64,000 nt of DNA from Craspedostauros australis (Eukaryota), in assembly GCA_030167865.1 (NCBI GenBank), contig JALAGF010001746.1, forward strand, positions 1 to 64,000, read 5' to 3'. Shown piece after piece: positions 37,154 to 48,960 of this stretch. Position numbers and translations under genes: made by a program. A model generated the notes under the pieces. It ran no database searches, was not told the origin of the DNA, and worked only from the letters and a program-made list of their open reading frames with translations. Within the stretch, counting starts at the first letter, position 1. Each line of letters opens with the position of its first letter.

Positions 37154-40100
37154 ATGGAGGTTCCAACTTTGGGGTGTACGAGAAGATGGGTGCCAGGACC
37201 GGCGCTATGGCTGTCGCTGTCGCTTGCATGGCTGTGCGTGGCCCTCCATCCATCGGCCTGCATTGTGGCTGCAGCAGATGCCAGCTTTGCGAGCGGCGTA
37301 GACAAGACCATCGAAGACAACATCAACGCTCTGATCAGCTGGGTGGAGGATGATGGGTACGGTTACTTCAACCCGAGCCAGGAGATCCGTCCTGCGGGCA
37401 CCAACATGTACAACGACGAGAGCACGTTCGGGTTGGGCGTGTTCGCGAAAGAGGACATACACCCCGGAACGGTGCTTGCTCGCATCTCATTCGATAAAGC
37501 CATCCACGATCCCAAGGATGAGGCATTGGCGGATGACGACGAAGCGGAGTGGAAGAGAAAATCCAATCCCAACATCGAAGTTGACACTCTTCCGTGCAAT
37601 GGGATTAAACAGGTCATGGCGGAGATACGGCTGGGAGATGCCTCCAAATTCGCACCCTTCTTCAAGTATCTCAAATCCATTCCGGCCCCCTTCATCCCCA
37701 GTGCCTGGACACCCGAAGGCAGGGACTTCTTCCAGCGCATGACGACGGGAACGACCATCTTCACCATGCTGCCACCCTTCGAGCCGGTCCATTGGATCGA
37801 GAAGGACTGGCGTCAGAATTGCGACGGCGGCACATCCGATGAAGAGATCTGGTCTCTGCTGTCCTTCATCACGCGCTCCGATACAGACGTCCTCGTCCCC
37901 GTCTATGATCTCTACAATCACCATGACGGCAAGCAGCGTAATGCCAAGGTCAGTATCCTCAACGAAGAAGACGACGATATTGATTATCGCTACAACCCAA
38001 ACACCTCCGACAAGCGCAAGCCCGACGATTACGAAGTCTACGCGTCCAAATTCATCGCCAAGGGAGAACAGATCTTCGTGACCTACGTCGACTGTCCACA
38101 TTGCGAACGCGGCGACTACTACGGCACCCCTGGTGAGTAATATGATTTTGTGCTCTGCTCTGCTCTCTGATTTTGCTCTGCTCTCGCTTGGATTGGTTCA
38201 ATTGTTGGCGATCGCATCATCATCGCATGCATCAATGTACCCACCGCACGAGGTTCGTCCACATCCAAGTTGCTCTTCATGCTCTTCACAATGAATTCTA
38301 TCTCACACCTCTCTTTCTTCACCAACAACGACGACGACGACAACGATCCCTCGAACTGCAATTGGCCTTCTATACTTTATTTGCAATTCCTCATTTCATC
38401 AATCATTGCTGCAGAACTGTTGCGTGACTACGGATTCATCGAAGATTACCCGCAGCAGTGGGCGTTCTTCTACGATGACTTCCGCCGCATGCGGGCCATT
38501 TTGGACATCGACATTGATCCAACCTCCATCTCTGACTCGGACGATAAGTCCAAGGCACCTAAGTACACAGTCGATTGGAACGGTGATGATGTGCGAATAG
38601 GACGCGACTTCCTCAAGATCTACCTGCGTCGCCTGGGACGTCTACGCAGCGATGAAATTGCCCTTGGGCGTGAAGCATGGGCCGTGGCACGCAACACGAC
38701 AACCGTCATCCCGCAGAGGGAATGGGACGTTGTCAAGTCGTACGTCGATGCAGCAATCATTGTGCTGTCGAATGCATTCGACTCCCTCACCGACGACAAG
38801 AAGCTTCCCAAGGACAAGGATCTGTACTACTGCATGACCGAAGTCAACGACATGTGCATGGTGCATCAGCTCTACCACCCGCTCAACGCCGAGAATGATA
38901 TGCCCTACGGTCGTGACTTCTCCTGCGACATCGTATCCCTGCTCGATTTCTCAAAGGGCCACACGACCTTGGACACGATCCACACCGAGTATCAGACCAT
39001 CTGGTATTACAAACGCTTCCCGGAGGGCAAGGACGATGAAGCCGAGCTCACGCAGGAGGACATGGAGCAGGAGACCGACATCTGCATGAAGCTCGATGAG
39101 GAGGTCCAGATCTGCGACAGCTACCGTCCGCACTACCACGAGTACGCAATCAACTATGCTGCCAGGTATTTGAAGGAGGTTAAGCGCGTGGCCTTCATCG
39201 GCGGCGGTGACAACATGATCCTGCAGGAGTTCCTCAAGTACCCCGATCTGGAGCTGGTGGTCGCGCTGGAGCTCGATCAGATCGTCGTGCGCAATTCCTT
39301 CAAGTGGTTCCACACCGAACCCAGCTTCCACGACGACCGCGTGGAGTGGTGGTTCGGCGATGCCACCAAATCCTTGCTGCTCCTGCCCAAGGAGTACATG
39401 AATTCGTTCGATTTGGTGATGGTGGATGTCTCCGAGACAGGTGCCAGCCTCACGGTGACGCGTCACCTTGATATTTTGAATGCCATGGCGTTGCTGGTCA
39501 AGCCAGATGGCATCATGGTCAAGAACGAACCGTACTTCCGACAGCTCTCCCGAGCCTTTGACTATTCCGTGGACATCCACTTCTACGACTGCCCGATGAT
39601 CTGCGAGCAGTCCATGATCATGGGCAGCAACGAGATCGATTTCTACCACGTGGACGACATGGTGGATCATGGTGTCGAGAACCTGCTGCTTCCGGCTCTG
39701 AAGGATTATCCTCATCAGTACCCGCTGTGGAGAGATTACAAGATCAATGATGGAACGAAGGACAAATCCTGCAAGAAGCTCGAGAGGGCAATCGCCGCAC
39801 AGCAAAAGACGGATGGTGTTCGAAGCGGCAAGAGCGAGGGCGTTGTCATGATCGTTGACGTTGAGAACTGCTCGCTGCCGATGGAGAAGGTGGAGGACGC
39901 CATCGTCGAGACGTTGCAGTCGTTGCAGTCGTTGCAGTACACATCCATCGTGAGCGAACACAACGCGGAGACCAGCTTCGAGGTGGTGGTCTTGATGGCG
40001 GAGGGGTACGTGATCGCCCGTCGATGGGCGGAGGAGAAGTACGTGGCATTGGACATACACTTGTGGGGTCGATTCGAGCGCATGGATGCAACCCGTGCCG

Positions 40101-41458
40101 CTCTTGTCAAGGCGCTGGGCAGCGGCAACGACATCAAGGAGGGTTCCGTGTCATCCTTCCGCGTCGTGGCGTCCGGCATGTACGGCAACGATTCCTGGGA
40201 GGAGGACGACAAGCTGATCGGCCCTGATTTGACTACGCACACTCGCGACTGCGACAAGGATTCCACAAAGATGGCGCCATCTCCGACGGCTGCGGAGAGG
40301 AACTTGGACACGGTGGAAGGAATCTTCACAGAAGAGCTGGTCTCCACCGGTGTGAATTCGATCGTCGATGACATGTTCGTCGAGGGATCCATCGCTTTGG
40401 TCTTTTGCGGTCTTTCCGGTGAGCAGTGCCATGCCAAGAAGGCCCTCGAGGAGAACCCCAACGTCGGCCATGTCGTTCCTCTCTACATTTGTTCAGATAT
40501 CGCCGATGCCAAGTTTGGGGAACCCACCAACGGCAAGAAGTTGCACAAGTGCAGGCGGGAGGTGGAAAGCCAGATCAAGGAGATCGTCAGAGAGACCGGG
40601 ATCGCCATTGACGCCGCTTTCCTCGACGGAGACGCGCCGTATGCCATGGCCCGTATTTTCAGCAGCTTCTTCACGTTCCGACGAAGCATATTCCAGGACA
40701 CGGTCATTCACACCCTCGTGTCCATCATGCCCGATTCGCGAGCCGAGACCTGGAGGTTGAATGTCATCGTCGACACGCGCCGCAAGCTGGATATGGACCC
40801 CTTGACTCGTTCGGAGGTGATCGTCAAGCCCAAGGGTTCCACGCGCGATGCTTCCGGGGTCAAATTCAACATCCTCAACGTGGACATGGAGACCACGTTC
40901 CCGAAGGTCCGCAACGTCGAAAAGGCGCTACTTGCCAGGTACGGTGAGGATCTCGAGATTTTCCCAACCGTGCTGGAAGGTGGAGGCCTCATCTACCAGA
41001 ACGAGACGGAATTCCAGCCCATAGAATTCAAGCAGAGCGACTACGACCTCAGCGCCGGGATCAAGCAGTATGAGGAGCAGAAAGCGCTGGGACGTCAGAG
41101 CATCTACCAGCTCGGCCGCGATGATGGCCACCGCGACTCCAGCCCGAACATGGACACCATCCTCCTCGCCGTCCAGGAGTCCATGGGATACACCCTCGAG
41201 TCCTCCATGCTGCACAACGACCTCGGGGATGGCGCCGTGGCCATCGTGCGTTGGAAGGAGGCCCACGTGGTCGGTATCTGGGACGGCCGCGATCACATTA
41301 CCCTGAACCTCTTCCAGTTCGATCAGACGAGGTCCGTGTCCGACCTCTTCATGGGCAGATTCCTGGCGATGGCCGGCACGATATGGGGCAAGCAGCTGCG
41401 AGATGACTTCCCACGCGGTGTGAACAAGGTGATCAACTTTTCGACGGAGCACAAATGA
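37154..41458 (+). CDS. Secreted fusion: signal peptide + SET + aminopropyltransferase + two degenerate AdoMetDC-like modules (paralog B, about 1340 aa)
   Basis: Exons 37154-38132 and 38415-41458 with a phase-1 GTGAG..CAG intron (38133-38414) at the same position as in paralog A (YGTP|ELLRDYGF). Same motif order: GLGVFAKEDI, PVYDLYNH, FIGGGD, EGYVIARRWAEEKYVALDIHLWG, RDDFPRGVNKVINF. Confidence 0.88.
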
Positions 41459-42464
41459 TGACGATAATGAGCATGCAGGTACTCTGCTCTCCTCTCCTCG
41501 TAGAGTGTCATATTATAGGTCCTTTGGTGACATCCTTGGAAACAAAAACAAACACAAAGAAATAAAGACAAGGCATGGCCATAGTCGTTTTTGCAGTTGT
41601 AGCAGTTGTGCTGTGTTGCATGCTTTGCATGGATGGTGGGACGATGGGGGAAGGGATCGGTGTCTGTGCTTGTTTTGGTTGACACATCGCCGTTGATGAC
41701 AAGGAATCATACTGGAGTCGTGCCTAATATTGGACTTTGTAAGTACTTTTTCTTGCTCACCTGGACACCGATACTGTTGCGTGCATGGTTTCTTCCTTTG
41801 GGTTCAACCTTCGAGCATTTGGGTCCATAGGAACGTCTCGTTTTTATCGCAGTCTCCACACTTGAAGGGGGAGAAGAATGGTTGGTCTCTGGAGAAGAGC
41901 AGAGCAGATCAGAGTGAGTGAGTGTGCTACTCTTTCTCTCCTCTGAGAGGAAAGGAGTCTTCGTTGGTTCGTATCCAATTGAGCCAACGGACGCTCGTTC
42001 CTGGGAGAACTTCTGATCCATCGCTGGTTGACGTTGAGGATAAACACATCCATGAACATGAGCGCAACAAGATGCTGCCGACTTGCGGATGCTTTCGGCA
42101 CCTTGGTGTTGTGGGAGAAGAACATTTTTTCGTGATTGTGGGTAGGTGAGTGTGGATGTCTGGTGGAAGAAACTGGCATCTGGCCTCCGATTCTTCAAGG
42201 ACCCAAGATTCACACTCCCATTGGTAGCGGCAGAGTTCTCTCAATAGTACCTCAATTCCTTCAATGTGATTTCTTTTTTGTTTGGAAAGCATGCTGCTCC
42301 CACCAGAACAGAGTAAATGAAAGGGCGTTGCGTCAATGACCTCGTCAGAAGAATGTGAAGCAAGTCACAAGACCGAAACGGATTGCGCCAGGCAAAGCAT
42401 GTTGATGCACCTGTTGGAGGCGGGTGAGTGTGAGTGTGAGAAAGGGTGCGGATACGGTCCTTGC

Positions 42465-42515
<51 letters not shown>
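42465..42515. repeat. (TGT)17 microsatellite
   Basis: Perfect tgt run of 51 bp. Confidence 0.95.
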
Positions 42516-43339
42516 GATGCGAGTGTTGGGAGGGGAGATTGAAGCAGACAATCCCACGAAACCTCCATCCACCACGTCAACCAGCTCGTATCCATGGTAC
42601 TTCGACTCCTTCTGCCCCCTGGTTCGCACATACCCTCTTTGCAGCTCATACGTGGTGCACTTCGCCACGGATCACCAAGACGATCCAAGAAGGAACAGAA
42701 CTGGTAGAAGTTTGAAAAAGTGATGTTAGTGGGACGTGCGGCGATTGTGTTGGGATCGCTGTCTTCTCTCTGTCTCTGGCGCGACTCCGTTGGCGGAATC
42801 GCCATCGTTATCGTTGTTGGCTGTGTCGATGTTGATGTCGCCTCGTATGACGATACTTATGAGCGAAAATGAGTGCAAGTGAAGTTACCGCGTGTGTGGA
42901 TCTCGTCTCATTTTTCTCCCTAACGCACATGAGCGTTCGGCACTGCTGACATACGCAAGAATCGCGCTTCATTGAACGAACCGAAGCGACGAAAGATAGC
43001 AGCCAAAACAAACTGCGCAGCTGAGCAAAATCGAGCACAACGCAGTGTAACACAACGAAGATCGAAGCGATGCTGAGTGGAAAGGTCTCCATGTGATCAT
43101 AACTTGGACGAAGCACACTCATTTCGTTTCGCGTGAAAGGAAGTCAATTGATACGACCACAGTATCATCGTGATCCCCACCATCACAATATTCCATTATC
43201 ATTATCATCATCATCATTATACTCCATCATATCAGTACTCATTCTAGTAAGTGCGATCATCAGCGAAGCCAATCTATCGATCCAGAGTGCTCAATCAAAC
43301 CACTATACTCCACAGCGACCGTACTAGTATCATCCTACC

Positions 43340-45388
43340 ATGCCACCATGCGCCACAACAACGCCATTGGCCATCGCTGAGCCACGGGAGGAACAGAAGG
43401 TCCACCCATCCATCGAGAGCATCCCCAAGGCCATCCAATCCATCTCGAAGCGCCGCCAGGAACTGCATGATCTCTCCAATGCCGAGCTTTGCGTCATCCT
43501 CAAGGAGATCATCGCGCAGATGCAGGACTCCGAGTGGGAGAAGGCCGGTGATTGGTTGAATGAGGAAGCCCGTTTGCTCAACATTGTGAGCGATGGCCAT
43601 GATGACAAGGTCAACGATGACAAAGATCATGACCAGGCCAACGCGACAGATGCTGCAAAGAACCGATACCCGGCCACCACGCACCGCGTTCTCAGTCTCA
43701 CAAGGCAGCTGATGGCGCAGCACATCCTCACGTACTGTACCAACCTCATCAAGTCGCTGGAGTATCAGGACAGCCAGGCGGAGCAGCCGATTGCGGCAAA
43801 GTCGGTGCCCGTTCCGCCGCTGCTCAAATCCAAGAGATTCGTCGCCAACGATGGCAGCGCTCCTGATGATGTCAAGGATGACAGCGCGATGACCGTCTAC
43901 GGTCCAACCGCGTACGACGCAGCACCCGGGCATACCCTCGAGGTCTGGTGCAACGGTGATTCCGTCCAAAAGGCATCGTCTGCACCAGCAACTGGAGAAG
44001 CAGCTGCGAAGACAAGGAGCGAGGCTTCCGTCCAGGACGCCGTCTGCCTCGTACTTGGCGCCGGAAACCAGTCCTTCAATGGCCTCGTCAGCGTGCTGCA
44101 CTGCATCATGTCGCACCGCTACCCCGTCATCCTCAAGCACCATCCGCTGCGCGAGTACCTCCTGGACCCCGTGGCCGTCTTCTTCGAGCCGCTGATGCGA
44201 CGAGGTTACCTGCATCAGATCCCCGATCATGGCATCCACGTCACGCAGCAGTACCTCCTCGCCAACCCGTTGGTGCAGCGCGTCGATCTCATCGGTTCCT
44301 GGAACACGGCCAGGGCCATCGAGAAGACGTTGGCGACCCTGCGCCCGCACCTGTCCCAGCCCGACATCGCGTCGATGATGTGCACGGAGCTGGGCGGCGT
44401 CAACCCGTTCATCGTGACGCCGGCACAGTACACCGATGCGGAACTGCGCACGGCCGCCAAGCTCTTCGTCACATCGCGTCTGTGCAACCGCGGCGCCAAC
44501 TGCCTGTCCAACCAGGTGCTGCTTCTGCCCAAGGAGTGGCCGCAGAAGGAGGCCTTCCGCAAGGTTCTGGACCAGGAGCTGCATGCCGCGATCGTGGATC
44601 CGGCCTACTATCCCGGATGTGGCCAGCGGCAGAAGCAGCTCCTCGATGCCTACAACGAGCATGGCAAGGCCACCATCATCGAAGCCACCACGGTGGTCCC
44701 CGTTTCGTCGGATGCTTTCAACGGCAGCCACGAGCCGAACCTGGTCGTTCTGGAGTGCGGCACGCCAGGCGAGGAGGGGTACAACAACACCGCTCTGCTG
44801 CACGAAGCCTTCAGCTCCACCATGGCGATCGTCGAGCTGCCGGGCGGAACCAGCACGGATGAATACCTCGTGGACACCGTGGTTCCCTTCCTCAACGACA
44901 AATCCAACATCCTGGGAACGCTCGTGGCCGTCGTCGCCCATCCCAAGAGCGTGGACAAGATCCCGGACAAGTTCGTCGCCCAGCTCAAGTACACATCGCT
45001 CTGCGTCAACTCCAGCTCGATCTTCATGTACACGGCCAACGTCTGCTGCGGCGGCAAGTGGGGCGGCCACAGCAGCGACGAGAACAACCCTTACGGATCC
45101 AGCGGACGCGGCGGCGTCGGCGACATCTACGCCTTGCGCAACATCGAGCGCACCGTCCTGTACGGACCGTCCCTCACGGCGACGCCCCTCCTCGATCTCG
45201 CCAAACCCACGCCGCCCATCCTTCTCGATATCCTGCACGCCGTCAGCGTTTCCAAGACGGCGGGTGCGGCGACCATGAAGATCCTTCTCATCCTCATCGT
45301 GGCGCTCATCCATACCATCGTGCCCAATGTCCTTCTCGAAGCCGTCTTCGGGGCGAAGGCCTTGAAGCCGTACGGGGGACCATTTTGA
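43340..45388 (+). CDS. Aldehyde dehydrogenase-like protein (ALDH superfamily) with a hydrophobic C-terminal tail
   Basis: 682-aa single-exon ORF with LVLGAGN (catalytic Asn region), VILKHHP, ELGGVNP (general-base Glu), NRGANCLS (catalytic Cys) and EAFS. Hydrophobic KILLILIVALIHTIVPNVLL near the C-terminus. Confidence 0.85.
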   Translation: MPPCATTTPLAIAEPREEQKVHPSIESIPKAIQSISKRRQELHDLSNAELCVILKEIIAQMQDSEWEKAGDWLNEEARLLNIVSDGHDDKVNDDKDHDQANATDAAKNRYPATTHRVLSLTRQLMAQHILTYCTNLIKSLEYQDSQAEQPIAAKSVPVPPLLKSKRFVANDGSAPDDVKDDSAMTVYGPTAYDAAPGHTLEVWCNGDSVQKASSAPATGEAAAKTRSEASVQDAVCLVLGAGNQSFNGLVSVLHCIMSHRYPVILKHHPLREYLLDPVAVFFEPLMRRGYLHQIPDHGIHVTQQYLLANPLVQRVDLIGSWNTARAIEKTLATLRPHLSQPDIASMMCTELGGVNPFIVTPAQYTDAELRTAAKLFVTSRLCNRGANCLSNQVLLLPKEWPQKEAFRKVLDQELHAAIVDPAYYPGCGQRQKQLLDAYNEHGKATIIEATTVVPVSSDAFNGSHEPNLVVLECGTPGEEGYNNTALLHEAFSSTMAIVELPGGTSTDEYLVDTVVPFLNDKSNILGTLVAVVAHPKSVDKIPDKFVAQLKYTSLCVNSSSIFMYTANVCCGGKWGGHSSDENNPYGSSGRGGVGDIYALRNIERTVLYGPSLTATPLLDLAKPTPPILLDILHAVSVSKTAGAATMKILLILIVALIHTIVPNVLLEAVFGAKALKPYGGPF

Positions 45389-46029
45389 TTTGCAACGTGG
45401 TAGTCTCCGAAGTCCTTGCTGTTGTTCATACGATTATTACTCTCTCTAGATAGATAGAGAGAGAAAAGATGAGTACATTTTATTAGATCAACCAGTCTTT
45501 TGCATACCAATGGACACTGCAGTCCGCTCTTACGGCTTGACTGTGCACATCCTCTCAAGTGTGTGTTGTTGCTGTTTGCCTCATGACGGCAATGTTGTAT
45601 CAGAGGATGATGCAGATGCTATTGACAGATCTCTTTAAAGATTGTCAGAAAACTATGCAAACTCAGTGGTTACGAACACAAACACAAAGCATGAGCGAGT
45701 GTTGTCGCACTGCGAAGGAGGTGATCAAAGAATTGCAGAGTAGTTTACGATTATTAAACAGTTTTGGTTATCATTGAGGTAGTGTGTGTGTGTGTATTCA
45801 TGGACGACGTGCTCTGCTTCTGCTGGATCCCACACAGTCGCAACCGAAGCTGCGTCCATGGATCGTTTGCCCAAAATGGCAATCGATTAAGCCATGGACT
45901 GATGTTGCTGCCGCTGCTGCGGAGTGGTGCAAAAGACCCAGCGTATGCTAGTACCGCACGCCAAGGGAAGTCAATGCCTTGCGTTTGTCATGAGGCAATG
46001 TATGGTATGCTAGTATTCCATTGAAGAGT

Positions 46030-47139
46030 TTAGCTCATGATGCCATCAGAGGTGGTGGCGGCCTTCTTGTTGCGCCACCACTGTTGTGTTTGTGGAAGAG
46101 AGGAAGGAGTGTGAGTTGATCACAAAAGTGAGTTGAGGGGATGAATGAATGGAAGGAAAGCGGGTGTGAGTGGGTGAATGCATGAATGACATCGTCAGAA
46201 CATTTGTCCCAAGCCTGCTCAATCAGACAGGGCAATCTTTCGCATGCGTGTATCTGTACTTACCATGACGTATCCGACGGTGCCAACGATGATGAAGGCA
46301 AAGATGATCCATCCGAAGATGGCTCCGCTGGATCCACCGGTGCTGGCCTGTGGCAGAAGGGCAGTGATCTGCTCGCAGCCTCCGACGTTTGGTCCGTACT
46401 GGCTGACATACTCCATGTTCTCCTCGCACTTGTATCCGGCGGCCATGTAGGTCTCCTCGCACATCTCGCGCATCTCGAGCTCGTAGTTGTCGTTGTACAT
46501 GAGGCAGGTCTGGCACTGGTCGGTGACCATGCTCTCCTCGGAGAATGGAAGGGACCATCCGTTGGAGATCTCGGCGAAGGTGGTCTCGGACTTGACGGTG
46601 CAGATCTCGTTGGTGAAGAGGTCGGTGACGATGCTGATGCCGTCGTCTCCGCAGGTTGGCCCGACGTAGTACACGGCCTGGTTGCCGTTGTTGTTGTTGT
46701 TGTTGCCGTCGTCCTCCTGCTCGACCTCGTACTCGCGGCACTCGGTGTACTCGTCTGGGTTGACGGCGTCGTCCCAGTTCATGTTGTCGCGCTGGTCCTC
46801 GAAGAAGGCCTGGACGTAGGTGTTGAGGCCGACGACCATGTCTCCGTACCCCTCGCTGCAGCCCTCATCGCAGGAGTCGGCTGGGCAGATGCGGACGATG
46901 GCGGCGTTGTACTCGTACTCGCCGTCCTGCGGGTTCACGACGGTCTCTCCGGCCTTGCAGCCCACGAGCTTGAGGGAGTAGTTCACGAGGTAGCCGTAGT
47001 CGCCGTAGTCTGGCTCGTCCTGCTGGTTGTTCTGGTCGAGGCGACGGGCAGAGCTCATGATCTTGGCGGCGTTCTTACCCTTGATGGTCATGGCCGAAGC
47101 CACGGAAAGGAGGGAGGCGGTGAGGAGGGCGAACTTCAT
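46030..47139 (-). CDS. Silicanin-family (Sin1-like) type-I membrane protein (about 308 aa)
   Basis: Exons 47139-46264 and 46080-46030 with a phase-0 GTAAG..CAG intron (46081-46263). Signal peptide MKFALLTASLLSVASA, RXL site (RRL), YSLKLVGC, an acidic N/Q-rich luminal region with 12 Cys, a TM helix (AIFGWIIFAFIIVGTVGYVMWW) and a short tail RNKKAATTSDGIMS. Confidence 0.82.
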
Positions 47140-48960
47140 GATTTAGAATTGCTTTGTTTGTCTGCTGGCTGTGCTGAGGATCGCTTGCTGGATTTGTGAG
47201 AACGGAGAGGTTGCAGCAGAGCAATCTATCGTGAAGTAGGGCATCGGTAGCCACGATGCGCAGTGGAGTCGAGTAGAGCGCTGGTAGAATACCCGTGGAA
47301 CAGAATGGGGGAGCAGTATGTTTCGTGAAGAACTTGCGCATTTGATGGATCTTCTGCGTACTTTGGGATCAACGAAGTTCGCGGTCTCTAATTTTCGAAC
47401 CGTTGGCGTGGATCCGGAGCAGCCAAAACGATTCAGCGACCGCATTGGTCCGTTGAAATGGACGCAACCTGATTACTTAGACGTTCATTGTACTTCCTTG
47501 TCCGCGGAACGTCTCACACATTTCGTAATTAATTTTGTTGCGCACGATCGCCAACATAATTTGTATACAAGATTCAATACACATTTCCTTCTTAATTGCG
47601 TGTGGAAGACACAATACACACTCGCCAAGAAAGCCGACACGGTGCTCGCTGCGTTGAACGTGAGATGGCAATTGCGCGCCGGCAGGCATCGAATTTGCTG
47701 CCACTCCGAATCCGGAGCGTCACATTTTCGGTGTCACCCTTTCTCGTTCTGTTTGATCGCTATCGTGAAATTTGGCTGTGATTCAGAATCATGCTACATT
47801 TCCAAGCTAGACCGTGACATTGCCCGATATTTGAGGCAGTGCGGCATTCAGCCTCCTCGTGCTGCTGTTACGAATACAATAACGCATGGTGAAATTGGAC
47901 AGCGTCTCGGCTTGGGCTGCTCTCCACTACTACTGCCCGTTCCGAATGCACACTCATCCTCTGTTTTACAAGTCTCAACAGCTAAAATCGTTCGTTCAGT
48001 CATCTTCCTCTCTCAACTTCTCCACAACTCCCAGGGTTTGCAGAACGGAGGCTTCTGCGTTGCGATGCTCAGATTGAAATCCTTTCGAATGAAACTCGCA
48101 GCTGCGGCGTGTGTGTGGATGGATGGAAGAGGCAAGGCTATGCACACAGCTCTGCATCATCAAGGCTGGGTCTCTCATCATGACATGTCCGGACAAATGG
48201 AAATCGATGGAAGCTCTCGCGTGTCGGCGGCATGCTGTCTCCCTCTCTTGCTCAGTTGATGCGGGCGAAGATATAGCAAGTCGGACTAGCGTGGACTCGC
48301 GTGATACGGGGCACTTCGAATATGAACAGGAGTGCATTGATCTTCATAGCACGGCAATACATTACATGAAGTATGGCAACTGCAGATTGCAGGTATGATG
48401 GAGTATTGTACGACTATGTATAATGTATTGTGCAGTCTAATTTCTATGATGCCCATGGTCATGCTCAAGAGAGCTTTTGTGGGCGCATCCCTTTTGTCTT
48501 GGGATCAGCAGGCATCAGGAGCGAGCAGCGCATGCGGGATCTGACTGTCACCCCAATCCGGAATTGCCAAAGATCTGCGGGTTCCCAGGACGATGCTGCG
48601 AGACTTCTTCCGCTCTTCGCAAGCACCGAACATGTAGCGTTTTCCCACGTTCGTCCGATCGTCATCCCGGAGGAGACAAACACTACGGGTAGAGCATTAG
48701 TTGGCACAGTAGGTAATGTACCCCCACGAGGAATCCAGTGCTGGATGCACTCATGTCGCATGAGCAATCAGTGCGTATCCATTGGGTTGCGAATGCTGCC
48801 AGTGGAGCATTGGAATGTTTGAATAGTGCGATTGGCAGAGAGAGTTTGAGTATTGCAAAGCGGTAGAGTAGTGGCAAGAGAAGCATTGGATGTGAGTGCT
48901 TTGGATACGTGCACATGAGTCGGGCTCATCCACAGCAATAACACGTGCCAACATGTTCAC

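Noticed and set aside
42345-42805. Poly-Gln or poly-Thr ORFs across the (TGT)17 tract
   Set aside because: The homopolymers come from the microsatellite; there is no other coding evidence.
43295-45313. 672-aa antisense ORF over the ALDH gene (likewise 33081-34658, 34749-35774, 38951-40060, 46186-47199, 27305-28261, 51226-52251)
   Set aside because: These are shadow ORFs produced by strong GC3 codon bias on the sense strand; they have no recognisable motifs.
47318-48259. 313-aa ORF upstream of the silicanin gene
   Set aside because: It lacks the GC3 bias of real genes here, has random-looking composition and shows no motif; probably non-coding.
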